In this document: positions 13,666 through 25,900 of the stretch, piece by piece
How positions within the stretch are numbered: the stretch's first letter is position 1
Layout: each line of letters begins with the position of its first letter
Assembly (NCBI RefSeq): GCF_006345805.1
Contig: NC_043002.1
Coordinates: 100,688,001 to 100,752,000 of the forward strand
DNA: 64,000 nucleotides
Reading direction: 5' to 3'
From: Octopus sinensis
Lineage: Eukaryota
The notes under the pieces: generated by a model
Database searches by the model: none
What the model saw: only the letters and a program-made list of their open reading frames with translations
What the model was told of the DNA's origin: nothing
Made by a program: the position numbers and the translations under genes

Positions 13666-13737
13666 CCCACCGGCAGGGAATCGAAACCCGATCTCCCACG
13701 TGACAGGCAGGGATACATACCACTATACCAGTATGGT
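13666..13737 (-). pseudogene. tRNA-Asp(GTC) pseudogene or degenerate copy
   Basis: Minus strand ACCATACTGGTATAGTGGTATGTATCCCTGCCTGTCACGTGGGAGATCGGGTTTCGATTCCCTGCCGGTGGG is colinear with metazoan tRNA-Asp; anticodon arm pairs, acceptor and T stems are mismatched; TTTT just downstream. Confidence 0.75.
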
Positions 13738-13889
13738 ATTTTATTGAAGATCGGTCGGTTCATCGGTCACGGGAAAGTCTGAGTAACAATTCGTGAAATC
13801 TTTTCAATTACATTAAAATGCTATTTAATTCTATCTTTGGTAATCGAGTACTATTTTTTTCCGCCTTGTTCGCTCATATTCTGTTTCAT

Positions 13890-13914
13890 ATATATTTTCT
13901 GTTTTCTATTGCAG
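13890..13914 (+). promoter_or_regulatory. Candidate 3' splice acceptor for the GPCR coding exon
   Basis: Polypyrimidine tract ttttctgttttctatt followed by GCAG|G at 13911-13915, about 640 nt upstream of the ATG. Confidence 0.5.
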
Positions 13915-14132
13915 GTCTATGTGGTTACTGACCGAGGGAACATTACTTCATATTACTCAGCAGTGGACAAACAACAAGCAAAATATCTTTATCCAAAATA
14001 ATTTTTGAATATACTCATCATCACCACCAACATCATCATTCGAAAGGCTTATCTCCAGCAGAACTTCCTTGCGAAGTCTTAACGCGTGATCTTGTCATGA
14101 CGATGTTTTGTGTGCTACACTAGATATTGTGT

Positions 14133-14461
14133 GTGAGGGCGCGTGGCTTAGTGGTTAGGGCATTCGGCTCATGATCGTAAGGTTGTGAGTTCGATTCCCG
14201 GCGACGCGTTGTGTCCTTGAGCAAGACACTTTATTTCACGTTGCTCCAGTCCACTCAGCTGGCAAAAATGAGTTGTACTTGTATTTCAAAGGGTCAGCCT
14301 TGTCACTCTCTGTGTCCGCTGATTATCCCGAGAACTACGTTAAGGGTACACGTGTCTGTGGAATGCTCAGCCATTTGCACGTTAATTTCACGAGCAAGCT
14401 GTTCCGTTGATCGTATCAGCTGGGACCCTCGTCGTCGTAACCGGCGGAGAAAAAAAGAAGA
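14133..14461 (+). mobile_element. tRNA-derived CORE-type SINE (tail 1) just upstream of the GPCR ATG
   Basis: A/B boxes, CORE-like gtgtccttgagcaagacactt, (GAA)n tail; 11-bp TSD agatattgtgt at 14122 and 14462. Confidence 0.9.
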
Positions 14462-14556
14462 AGATATTGTGTATCATCCTCTCAAAGAATTTGCATCTTG
14501 GCAAATATCATTACCAGAACATTTTAAAGACGCGTATCTTCCAACCGAAATAAACA

Positions 14557-15651
14557 ATGGATTTCAATTGTAGCGAGCAATGTATTCTTGAAATTAAAAA
14601 TACGGAAAAATTTGAACTTTATCTTCCCGTAATAGTGTTCATGGGTTTGCTATTTCTAATGGGCACTATCGGTAATATCATCGTTTTGATGGTGTACAGC
14701 CAGAAAAAACGCAAAACTTCTTCTCATTTCTTTATCCTTACTTTATCGATTTTAGATCTTTTCGGTTGCTTTTTTGGCATCCCGACAGAGATTGCAGATC
14801 TGTGTAACCCGTATCTGTTCGACGCTCCTTTCGCATGTCGTCTGCTTCGCTTCACATTGAGTGTGACGACGATTAGTTCCGCCATTGTATTACTAGAAGT
14901 GGCTTTTGATCGATACTATCGAATATGTAAGGTCGGCTTACAGTACAGCCTTCGCAAAACGAAATTGCTTTGTGTTGTTGCACTCTTCATTGGGGTACTT
15001 TTATCCTGGCCTTCTTTTGTCATATTCGGCAAAAAACGGGTAGAAGTCGTACCCGGTATATACGGCTCAGATTGCTCCACTGACGACAGCATTGACAAAA
15101 AATACCCGACTACTTATTACGGTTTCTTGTTCCTCTTGTTCATCATTTGCACTGCTCTTATCTTTGGCCTGTACGTCCGCCTGTCCTTGGAAGTGCGCAA
15201 GCGCAAAGATCTGCAGATTCACACGAAATCTACCCAGCAACCCATTTGCCCTTCCCAACGCGATTCCGAAGAACCTAGCGTTGTCGACTTATCAGACGAA
15301 ACCCCCGAAAACAACAAACAAAGGAAATATTCGGCAGCCGTGATCAAAGTCCCCCGACAAGGCCAACAAATACGCGTCGGACGAACAACAGTGATTTTGT
15401 TTGCAGTGTCCGTCATTTTCGTCGTCAGTTACCTACCGTTTCTGATTGCGATGGTTGTTCGGAATGTTTGGAAAGAATTTGAATCGAGTCTAAACCCCAC
15501 CGCTGAGTTAATCTATAAATTTTGCTTGAAATCCTATTTTCTCAATAATGCCATCAATCCAATTGTGTACAGCTTCCTGAATGTCAACTTCCGGCAAGAG
15601 ATCCCCCGCGCAGCAGCCAATTGCTTTTGTAAAGGATGTTGTAAAAGGTAG
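14557..15651 (+). CDS. Class A (rhodopsin-like) GPCR, 364 aa, intronless CDS; probable peptide-receptor-like orphan
   Basis: Seven hydrophobic segments; TM1 GN, TM2 LSILD, TM3 FDRYYRIC, ECL2 Cys, TM6 FVVSYLP, TM7 INPIVY; N-glycosylation sequon NCS; C-terminal Cys cluster; ACAATGG start with in-frame TAA at 14551. Confidence 0.95.
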   Translation: MDFNCSEQCILEIKNTEKFELYLPVIVFMGLLFLMGTIGNIIVLMVYSQKKRKTSSHFFILTLSILDLFGCFFGIPTEIADLCNPYLFDAPFACRLLRFTLSVTTISSAIVLLEVAFDRYYRICKVGLQYSLRKTKLLCVVALFIGVLLSWPSFVIFGKKRVEVVPGIYGSDCSTDDSIDKKYPTTYYGFLFLLFIICTALIFGLYVRLSLEVRKRKDLQIHTKSTQQPICPSQRDSEEPSVVDLSDETPENNKQRKYSAAVIKVPRQGQQIRVGRTTVILFAVSVIFVVSYLPFLIAMVVRNVWKEFESSLNPTAELIYKFCLKSYFLNNAINPIVYSFLNVNFRQEIPRAAANCFCKGCCKR

Positions 15652-15717
15652 AGGAACGGGAGTATTTAAATGTGTAACAACACGATTCGAAGGAAGAAAC
15701 ATATCCATAATCAAGGA

Positions 15718-15723
15718 AATAAA
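15718..15723 (+). promoter_or_regulatory. Candidate polyadenylation signal of the GPCR
   Basis: AATAAA about 67 nt after the stop, followed by T/GT-rich sequence. Confidence 0.3.
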
Positions 15724-16100
15724 ATGAACGAAAAATTCTTTTATTTGTGGAAATACGTGATGTTTGTCGTCTTAGGATGAGAACGAAGTGAATGACATTG
15801 AACGATAAAACACGAGTTATTTATATGAAGCATGGGATATATCTGACCAAAATGCTAGCTGCATATTACAAATGTAAATGTAAGCATAGATTGTATGTAT
15901 ATGTAAGCGTGATTCAGTGCATACATGTTAACTATGCGTAAATGTATGCATGAATGGCTGGAAGTAAGTTTTACAGAAGTTTTATATAAATCTCAGTCTC
16001 CCTGTGTATTGTACATGTAATGTAAATACACATCATATATATATATATATTATATATATATGTGTGTGTATATATATGTATATATATTATGTATATATAT

Positions 16101-16157
<57 letters not shown>

Positions 16158-17029
16158 ATGTATTGAAATTCCCTATTTTTATGTCACTTTGATTGTGCAA
16201 CGCTGAACATCCTGTTCGTTGCAATCATTCAAAACATACTTCGTCTCCACACAGCATACTATGCAATCTAACAAATGGCATTTTACTTTTTGTATTATGT
16301 TATTATTATTCTATCATAACTTTATAGAAAGAAAAAAAAAGGAACAGAAAAGGTCTACATTCAATAGCTCTTAAGTGTTTACGACTGTTGCACAAGGAAG
16401 AAGAAGAAGAACAAAGGAATATATAAATAAATACAGTAATAGAAAACTTTAAACTCAAAATATGAGAAGCACAGTCTTTTAATCCGAGCCACCATCTTGT
16501 TTATATGAAAAAGCTCAAAATATTCACCAATGACCTAACATTCCTGCTACTTTAAATGATGCCAGAGATTCTTTAAACGAAACTCATCAATCTACAACAT
16601 ATTTCACAGACCATCAAATCAATATCTGACACAAGTTTTGAATCATTATGGAGTATCTTGTCAATCTCTACTTACCAAATATTACTCATCATACATCATA
16701 ATCAAATCAATTTTGATCAGAAATTAAGATTTACAACGTATATTTTCTTAACCCACATCTTACTGAAATATGTTTTAATCATATATATAATCATGGAGGA
16801 ACAATTTTTTTTTTTACTTTGGAAAATTTTTCTACACTGCATATTGACGTAAAGAACTGAAGTTTTAACGGGAGTTTGTATTTTGTATTTACAATATAAA
16901 CTGTCTCAACCAAACCACTTTTCATTTATATTTGATATCGTCACCAAACCCATATCGCTGGGAGTGAATATCAATATTGTATATATACATCGTATTAATC
17001 AAGCAACGCTTAGAGAAGGTTTCACTTAA

Positions 17030-17062
<33 letters not shown>

Positions 17063-17084
17063 CACATAAATATTGTATTAAAAT

Positions 17085-17600
17085 CACGTCTATCGGAGAA
17101 TTGCTTACATAACGTTCACTGTTATAACCAACTCACATAAACCTGCAACTAGCATGCATAATATATACGGAATTCACTATGAAACACTTTTGTCGGAGAT
17201 TTGCTTACATTATTTATATTGTGTTTACCAGCTGAACTCACTTTCAACAGACGTTTCAGTGTATGATGTCAATCCTTAACACCAAGTTGTGTTTACTGAG
17301 GATAACATCCATGATGTACATTGCCTTCACTAAGTCACATTTACAGGAGATTTAAATGTTTGATGTATAATATCTTTATAATGATTAAGTCACATTTATC
17401 AGGATAACATCCATGATATATACTGCCTTAATCTGTGCATCTTTTACTGGTTATTTGCTTACGTTGTTTATATTGTCGCAAACAAGACCTTTTTTTTTAA
17501 CCATTAATTTGCATTTGTAATTAAAATCTTTGTAACAAAGTCACAGTTAACGGGGAATATAACATAAATAACTTATATTTGTTTTTGTGCCTAAATCAAG
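17085..17600. repeat. Highly diverged minisatellite of about 50 bp with about 100-bp dimer periodicity
   Basis: ggagaattgcttacat (17095), ggagatttgcttacat (17195), aggataacatccatgat (17299, 17401), ttatttgcttacgt (17451). Confidence 0.6.
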
Positions 17601-18321
17601 CATCTGCAATGCATATCGTTTTAACCAAACCATTTCATTAAAAAGAAAAAAATCTACTTTTAGTGTCGTCTTAACGTTTAGTGTACAATTCGCAAAAGCC
17701 TCTGCTATTTTATAATTGTTATGATTTTATATTTCAATTCTTAAACATACATAAAAAGTGATATTTCGTATTCGTTCCGAATTTTTCCACCATCGATATA
17801 TCTGCCCCGCTTTTTTTAAAGCATAAATACATTGTCTTTTTTCTTACTAGTTATGTGAAATACATTTATATATATTTAAAACCACCCGGCTAGAGTAAAA
17901 TATTTACGAATTTCTAGGATGGCCACCACTTCCTCTCAGTGTCTCTGCTATTCCGGTGATTTGATGCAGTATTTTTCGCACTAAATTGACCGTTATTCAT
18001 CATTGGGGAATATATATAAAAAAAATGACGAAAATTTTTGTTTTATAAATGCAAAAGTATGGTAAAGACAGTTAATGTTTGTAGTTGGATGGTCCATATT
18101 TGACTGAATTTTATTATAGTTTCTTACTTTAAAAAACCTTATTGCAATGGAGCTTATGTAAGTATATTTATATATATATAATGGAAATAATTTCAGCTCT
18201 TTATCTCATCATCTCTCTCACCCTCCCTAAGTAAACATATCGCTTCTTACTTACGCTAACCATCTCTCTGAAATAACGAAATGGAAGTGACTCTTACACT
18301 TTTCTGCAGGAATGGAATCGA

Positions 18322-18433
<112 letters not shown>

Positions 18434-19119
18434 GTTGACTGGTAGATAAGAGCATCAACATGTGTGCCTACTTCATTGCTGCCGAATTATATTTTTCACT
18501 ATGTAAGGTGACGATAATGTACGTTGGCTGGTCTCAATGTTTGAGAAAGGAACATTTACATGGTTGCTCAATTTGCTTAAAATAGCAGTTAAATGTCCCT
18601 CAAGTAACACCCTACCACTTAAAAGAAAGAATAAGTGGATAATATAATTCTCAAAGTACAAACAAGGCGTGATAGTCACTGCTGCAAGATCTTATATAGA
18701 TTTTGTTTATCAAACTTGATCTGCGTCTAACAAGCGACAACAGTGACCAAGTCTGCTTGCAAGCCAATTAAAAGAAGCTCAAGTGTGGTTGATAGATTTG
18801 CTAGGAGTAGTAGTAAAATTTCCTTCCAACCCTACCTTAACATCTTAAATTAAGAAAGAACACCTAGGTAGGCATTTAGCCTGTCAAGAGATGGGACTCT
18901 TAAGTCGTAGTGAAGTAAACTAACTCAGGAGATGGAAACGCATTCAGTTCGTTGCAAATGTTTGCTATCAGCAAAATGTATGGATGGTTCTAGACAGGCC
19001 TTCACAACTGAAGACACATTATCTATGTGAGTAATCTAACAATTATGATATTGGTTGCTAGATCATCCTACATCAAATCCGACTGGAGAATCCTCTATAT
19101 TTTCGTAATAAATAAATGA

Positions 19120-19315
19120 TGGCGGTGGGCTGATAGAATCGTTAGCACACCGGGTAAAATGCTTAGCGTCATTTCGTCCGTCTTTACGTTCTGAGTTAAA
19201 ACTCCGTTGAGGTCGACTTTGTCTTTCTCAGAGTCGATAAAATAAGTATCAGTTGAGAACTGGGGAGGATGAAATCGACTTACCGCAGCCCTCTTACAAC
19301 TGCTGGCCTTGTAAG
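19120..19315 (+). mobile_element. SINE family M, diverged
   Basis: Head, B-box and domain similarity. Confidence 0.75.
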
Positions 19316-21889
19316 AAATCCATACAAACATTAATTTCATAAAACAGTTGTTTGAATTTCAATCGACCCTCTATTCACCATTTTGTTTTTTATTATTCTA
19401 AATTCATCTTCGTGAATACGCCCACTGAATTCAATCTTCTCCCTGAAATGTATTTTCTGAAAAATGATTTTCTAACAACATATTTTGCTTCATTACTTCT
19501 TTCAATAGTTCAGCCAAACATCATATATGAAACGTCTGTTCCATGTTCAAAGGTGTGAGGAACTATCTACTCGTATTCACGAACGACTGTTCAACTAGAC
19601 ACAGCTTAAAAACGACCATCACCTAATGGCCGATTGTATGTAGAGTCAAAGCTGAATACTTCCAGTTGCATTTTCTACCTGTCTCCATCACTTCTCAACC
19701 TGTCATCACTAGACTTGTGAAAAAGGTGTGATGATATTGGGCCAGGTGTCTTGGTTTGCTGAACAACCTGCACAATGTATACCATTATTCTGGGCATGGT
19801 TTGCGCAGAGTAAACCATGTCCTTCAAACATGTATTGGTCTCGTGCAACAAGTGCCACGAGCACAGTTGTTATCAAAATACAGGATTTGTATGGAGTTAC
19901 CTTATCTTATATACTATAAGAATATCGCTTTATACACTAGACCGACAAGGACATCATTCAGAGCACCCAAGTTCACATAGGACCCACTGCGATAGCTCTA
20001 CATCTACTGTCTCACAAATAGCAGCCAAAGGGACACTTTACTGCTTATAAATGAAAGATTACATTGGACAATCTAGTTCTAGATATTGAAACAGTCTGTA
20101 TATCTTATGACTAAAATATTTTTGACCGTAGTTCTGATTTGAAAAGGATTGATCTGGATCAACCCTTTCTACATCGACATTGCTGCAATTAAGTTTATTG
20201 TTTTCATCTTTGAAATCAATAAATGTATATAAAATAAAATAGTGCTGATATAAAAATTATAACAAACAAACGATGCCTGAAGACATTAAAAAAATGTTTA
20301 TAAAGAATTTACTTTTTGTGTATGAAAATATTTTTGTCAAAAATACTAATTGCTATTTTATTATCTAACATCATGTACCATTACTAATGGTACTATAGTA
20401 GAAAATGTATTTATTTTTAAAGTATCATGACCGAAAATAAGCATAGAACCAATTATCCCCCTCCGTCACTTGCTCTGTCAATTGTTTTCTATCTTCATAC
20501 AGTAGGAAACGGTAGGATTCAGTATTCTTTAAGGAATGACTCCGGTAATTAATACGGTACTATCGAAATATATGCGGAATTCACAGCTTGAATTAACATC
20601 GATTTAAAGCAAGGTGAGCCATCGAATGAACCTCAGTGTGCTCGTCTGATCTGCTTGAAAGTTTCCTTCATATTGTACTTTGCTGCTTAAAAAATAAAGT
20701 ATATTATTGATTAAAGTGGTTCTATGTACGCTGTATGAATGAAAAAGAAACAAATGACGGAAAGTGCTGAACAGGACTTCCTTTGGTCCTATGTGTGTTC
20801 GATCAGAAGTAAGTTGGGGCTGAAGAACAACATCTTAAAATGTGGAATTACTGGGACCACATCACACAACTGTTAAACACTTCATCCACAATTATTTTGT
20901 TTATTACAAACATCACATCTTTATACAGCAAACAACAATAGTCCCTGCATAAACATATCTAATATTAAAATGTATATATATTTTATGGAGGTCGACACGT
21001 ATCAGTCGCTATTTTTTGTATTTTACGAAAATATGTTTTTTTTTTATCTCACGATTAACTGTGAAGACATGGAAAGAAAGTAATTGATGGAACTTACAAC
21101 CATGAATGTGGCATTAACGAATTCAAATATCGACATACTTACACAAGTGTACTCCTACCTGACATTCTTTTCCATAACTATTAGAAAAATGGACACCCTT
21201 TTTGAACTTTTCTACAAATGCCCACAAGAATGGTGCTAATTTTGATTATAAAAGAATCTGTTGTGAAAATTTTTTTCGGGGGTTGTGGAGAAGATTTCTG
21301 ATAATTCTTAGGATTTCTGATAATTCATATGATTCAAATTTGTTTCCTCATAAATTTCAGAAAAGTGAGAATTTTTTTTATTGAAATTTTCTACAAATAT
21401 CTTTAAGATTGGGTTGATTACGATAATACCGGAATTTAATACATATATATATATAAATACATAATAAAGTCAGCGGTAGGCACACTCGTATAGGTATGCC
21501 CAAATATCTAATGTTCGGTGCTAATAAAAACAAATTGTTTTATTAAACATTTTCATACAATGCATGTACCTTAAATGAGATCCCAAAACAGATGAGACAA
21601 AAATCAAAACAAATATTTGTATAAGCTTTTCCATATATTCATTGACAGAGTCTGAGATCGTATTTTTATTTATTTATTTTGTTTTTGTCATGTTTTTTTA
21701 TAAGTAATTGTGAAGACTGACGTTATCTAAAAAACAAAAACAAACAAATATCAAGGTACATTGACGTGCTTTATGTAAAAGATGTTTTAAAAGAAAATGA
21801 AATCATTAACCAAAACAACGATGACTTCTTTGTTATTTCTTCTAGTAATGTTTTGTTTATGAACAAGGCAATTATCATTATTATTATTA

Positions 21890-22110
21890 TTATTCTATGT
21901 TTGACTTTTGCTTTATGTCTGTACAAGTTGGCTCCAAGTCTCACCCAGAGACCTCAAGAGACAACAGGTTGGAAGTTCACGTTGTTGTTATGCCTAGTGT
22001 GCCATATATTTGGGGGGTTTTTTTTGTGTTGTACCAGTGAATGTCTAATACATAGATTAAAAAAAAAGTTTGTTTTAAACCTTCGGATTACATTAAAAAA
22101 AAGTTTGTAT
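21890..22110 (-). mobile_element. Probable 3' end of a (TAA)n-associated retroelement
   Basis: Unique segment bracketed by (TTA)n runs; the minus strand ends ...aagtcaaacatagaataataataat. Confidence 0.4.
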
Positions 22111-22112
22111 TA

Positions 22113-22166
<54 letters not shown>

Positions 22167-22167
<1 letters not shown>

Positions 22168-24330
22168 GAGAGTAGAAGCTGTAGAATTTAGCAGAGAACT
22201 AGTCATAGAGAAGACTATAGTAGAGAGAGATCTAGTTAGGAAATTAAAAGAGGAACTCAGTAGAGGCATAGCGACCGACGTACTGGAAGCGAGATTGGTT
22301 CTGATTCAATTCCTCAACACCAAGCATGAAGCTTGCACTGTCAGAGATAGGGCACGTGCTTTAAAACGGGGGGGGGGGAGACGAAAGCCGTTCGATGTGC
22401 CAGGGTGGTCGAGGCGCAACGTCGAATTAAAACTACAATTCGGTCTTTGAGGGGTCTGGATGGGCGCATACTACACGAGTCGAAGCAAATTTGTGCGGAA
22501 TTTCAGCGGCACTTTGCTGAACTGTACGGGGCGCGCGGTGGCCCGGCGGCGGAAGTGAACTTCACTTCCTACCCTGATAGTATGCCGCGACTTTCGGCCA
22601 AGAACGTGGTGTTCTGCGAAATACCGACAACAGCTGAAGATATACGTAACCCGTTGGCTAGTTGCACGAGGGTGAGGTCTCCGGGATTGGATGGTCTGCC
22701 CTTCATACATATGTCAGACTTGTTTGGTGAGTTTTTTGGAGATGTCTACTGCAACAGGCAGCAGAATGGGAGAATACTTGGATCTGTGAGCCGAAGTGTG
22801 GTAACGCTACTGAGAAGGGACCCGAAGAAAGGGGACATTGTTGATAACTTTAGGCCGGTAACTACTAAATATAGATTACAAAATTTTGATCAAGGTGTTA
22901 GCAAATAGGTTGGCGCTTGTCGTTGACAGACTGGTGGGTAATACACAGACTTGCGCTATCCCCAGCAGAACTATACGCGATAACCATCACCTCACTCCAT
23001 ACATCATAGAGAGGGTTGGTAAAGAACCTGGCATGGGTGGGGCTCTGATCCATTTGGATCAATCGAAAGCTTTTGATAGGGTTGACCATCTATACTTGGA
23101 GGCTGTCCTCAAGGCGGCTGGTTTCGGTCCCATTTTCAGACGCCGGATCGCTGCAATGTACAGTGACATCTGTTCGGTAGTCAACGTAACTAACCACCTC
23201 TTAGAATCGTTTAATATCGCACGTTCGGTTCGTCAAGGATACCCACTCCAACCCCTTCTCTAAGTACTGGCACTCGAGACATTACTGCGAAAGCTGGAAG
23301 TTTCGAGGGGATTCCCACGTGAACTAGGATGCGGATGGTTCGTGTCGGCGCATGCGGACGACGTCACCGTGACAAGGAATAGGAAGTAGTGACAAGAGCA
23401 ATGATAAACCAGGAGAAGTCAGTAAGTCTGCAGCTCAGCACTTGAAAAGGTAGGTACATGCCAACCAACAGCGTTGTGAGGCGCTGGAAGGAAGGACCTG
23501 TTAAATTGCTCGGTGTTTGGTTCGGTCCGGATCTCCAAGCGGACAAGAACTGGAGCGAGGTGACAGAGAGGATGGCCAGTCTCAGCCAGAAATGGGCCGA
23601 GAAGAAGCTGTTCCTCAAATGTCGGACGGAGGTGGCGAATGGGTACATCGCATCCGTCATATAGTACCGCCTGACCGTCGTCACTTACTCCACTTCGTGG
23701 TTGAACGGGCTGGTATGTTTGCTCTTCCGCTTCCTGACGATCCATTTACTGTCAGCACTCTTTGCATGGAGGACTGGGCATACCATGGCTGAGGATGCAC
23801 AGACATGCATTAAGACTGCGACATCTCCAGCGGTACTTTAACGGTGAGCAGGTGTGGTCACCGTTTGTTGAACGCGCTTTTCCACAGCTCGTCTCCTCGA
23901 TGAAGATACAGTTTTATGGGGGATTAGTGGAGGGCAAGAGCGAAGACATACTCGGAGAGGTCCTGGCTAGTCTCTTCTCGAGGACTTTCGGGCCGTGAAC
24001 TTATTGTCTCATGTAGGACGGATCCTGCTATCGTCTGGGTCCATTATGAAGATCGCCCCGCCTCCTTCTTTTGGCCAGGAAGGGAGGACAATTTTTCTCT
24101 GTTTGGTGGCTATGGCAAACGAGATTGTGTAGTGGACGCAATTGAAAGGATTGAAGACGAGCACCTTCCTTTTTGGCCAAGGCCTCATTGAATTTTTCAG
24201 GTTCCACCTGAAAAGGAAAATGAGGGTGGAGAGGGTGGTACTGTTATCCAGTTAGTTCGTTAAAAGGTGGGTGAATATGGCAAGAATGGCCCATGTGAAT
24301 AGGCATACTCTAAGTGTGCGTCTGTAGGTC
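22167..24330 (+). mobile_element. 5'-truncated, decayed Tx1/L1-clade LINE ORF2 (RT)
   Basis: Frameshifted motifs SPGLDGLP, NFRPVT, KVLANRL, QTCAIPSRTIRDN, LDQSKAFDRVDH, VRQGYPL, HADDV, KLLGVWFG, GGLGIP; begins at a (TTA)n run. Confidence 0.9.
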
Positions 24331-24372
24331 GGATGGAAGGGAGAAGAGAGGGTACCTTCCTGAGAATCTGTT

Positions 24373-24850
24373 GGTGAAATGCTTAGCGCTATTTCATCCG
24401 TCACTACGTTCTGAGTTAAAATTCCATCGAGTCGACTTTACCTTTCATCCTTTCGCGGTCGATAAAATAAGTACCAGTTGAACACTGGGGTCGATGTAAT
24501 CGATTCATCCTCTCTCGCCAAAAATTGTAGCAAAATTTGAAACCATTATTATTATTATTGCTTACGGCCATATCATGTTGAATGCACCGGTTCTCGTCCT
24601 GTCACCGAAGTTAAGCAACGTCGAGGCTAGTGAGTACTTAGATGAGTGGCCACTTGGGAAATCTAGTGCTGTAAGCATCTCACTCTTTTAAGGTGGCGAG
24701 CTGGCAGAATCGTTAGCGCGCCGGGCGAAATGCTTAGCAGTATTTCGTCTGCCGTTACGTTCTGAGTTCAAATTCCGCCGGGGTCGACTTTGCCTTTCAT
24801 CCTTTCGGGGTCGATTAAATAAGTACCAGTTACGCACTAGGGTCGATAAA
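24373..24850 (+). mobile_element. Two family M SINEs flanking the 5S copy (24373-24559 and 24690-24850)
   Basis: First copy ends in a (TTA)n tail directly before 5S; second head starts right after the 5S T-run. Confidence 0.85.
24560..24678 (+). rRNA. Dispersed full-length 5S rRNA copy, probably a pseudogene
   Basis: GCTTACGGCCATATC...GAAGTTAAGCAACG...AGTACTTAGATGAGTGGCC...GCTGTAAGC; helix I intact, box C region substituted; TTTT at 24686-24689. Confidence 0.88.
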
Positions 24851-25291
24851 ATGTATTATCTAAAGCCGAATACCAATAATGTAATAACAGATTCACAAAA
24901 TCCAATGCTGCTACACTTTAGCTCATGGGCCTGTTGTATTAAAGTGGTTACGAAGTTAGACATTTACTCCATTGCTTGCAAGCTGTTCAATATTTTTTTT
25001 AGCCTCAGGTCAGATCGGAGCAAACTTATGATAAAAGACGTTTCAGTTACCACTATCACGTCTGTATTATAGACACCAGGTATGACTTTTGAGAAATTTT
25101 GCTGCTATTTCTTGCAGGGTTGACCATCACATAGACGCTATCTCATTGAGCTGAGGACTTCTTCAATGTGCAGTATAAAAGCGAAACGAGGCAACTTTTG
25201 GGTGATCGCCCCACGATCGTTTCTGGTAGTCAAACAATCCAGTTTATCAAACCATTCAGATCACTTCACGGCTTGTGGTGTTACCTTAGAC

Positions 25292-25477
25292 CAGTGCTCT
25301 GCAACCTTCTTTTCACTTGCGGCACACTTATATTCTTTTCAGAATTCGGCGGCACACCTGAACTAAAAATACAACTAAAAGCGTAGGAAACAAATTATAT
25401 TCAGGTTACACTGCGGCACACCTAGGGCCGTCTCGTGACACACCAGTGTGCCGCGGTATACCGGTTGCAGAGCACTA
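25292..25477. mobile_element. hAT-type MITE
   Basis: TIRs cagtgctctgcaacc / ggttgcagagcacta; 8-bp TSD ccttagac (25284-25291) / cctcagac (25478-25485). Confidence 0.88.
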
Positions 25478-25504
25478 CCTCAGACCATAGATTTCATCAA
25501 ATAT

Positions 25505-25900
25505 AATCCTTTCTGCTAAAAGCACAAGGCCTGGATTTTCGGGGAGAGAACAAGTCAATTACATCAACCCCAGCATTTCACTGGTACTTAATTTATCAAC
25601 CCCGAAAGGATGAAACGCAAAGTCGACCACGGCGGAATTTGAACACACAATGTAGCAACGGGCGAAATACCTATTTCATTACTACCCACAAGGGGTTAAA
25701 CACAGAGGGGACAAACAAGGACAGACAAACGGAATAAGTCGATTATATCGACCCCAGTGCGTAGCTGGTACTTATTTAATCGACTCCGAAAGGATGAAAG
25801 GCAAAGTTGACCTCGGCTGGAATTTGAACTCAGAACGTAACTGCAGACGAAATACGGCTACGCATTTCGCCCGGCGTGCTAACGTTTCTGCCAGCTCGCT
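25505..25900 (-). mobile_element. Family M tandem dimer
   Basis: Head-domain-tail A joined at gaaataGGTATTTCG to B box-domain-tail B. Confidence 0.85.
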
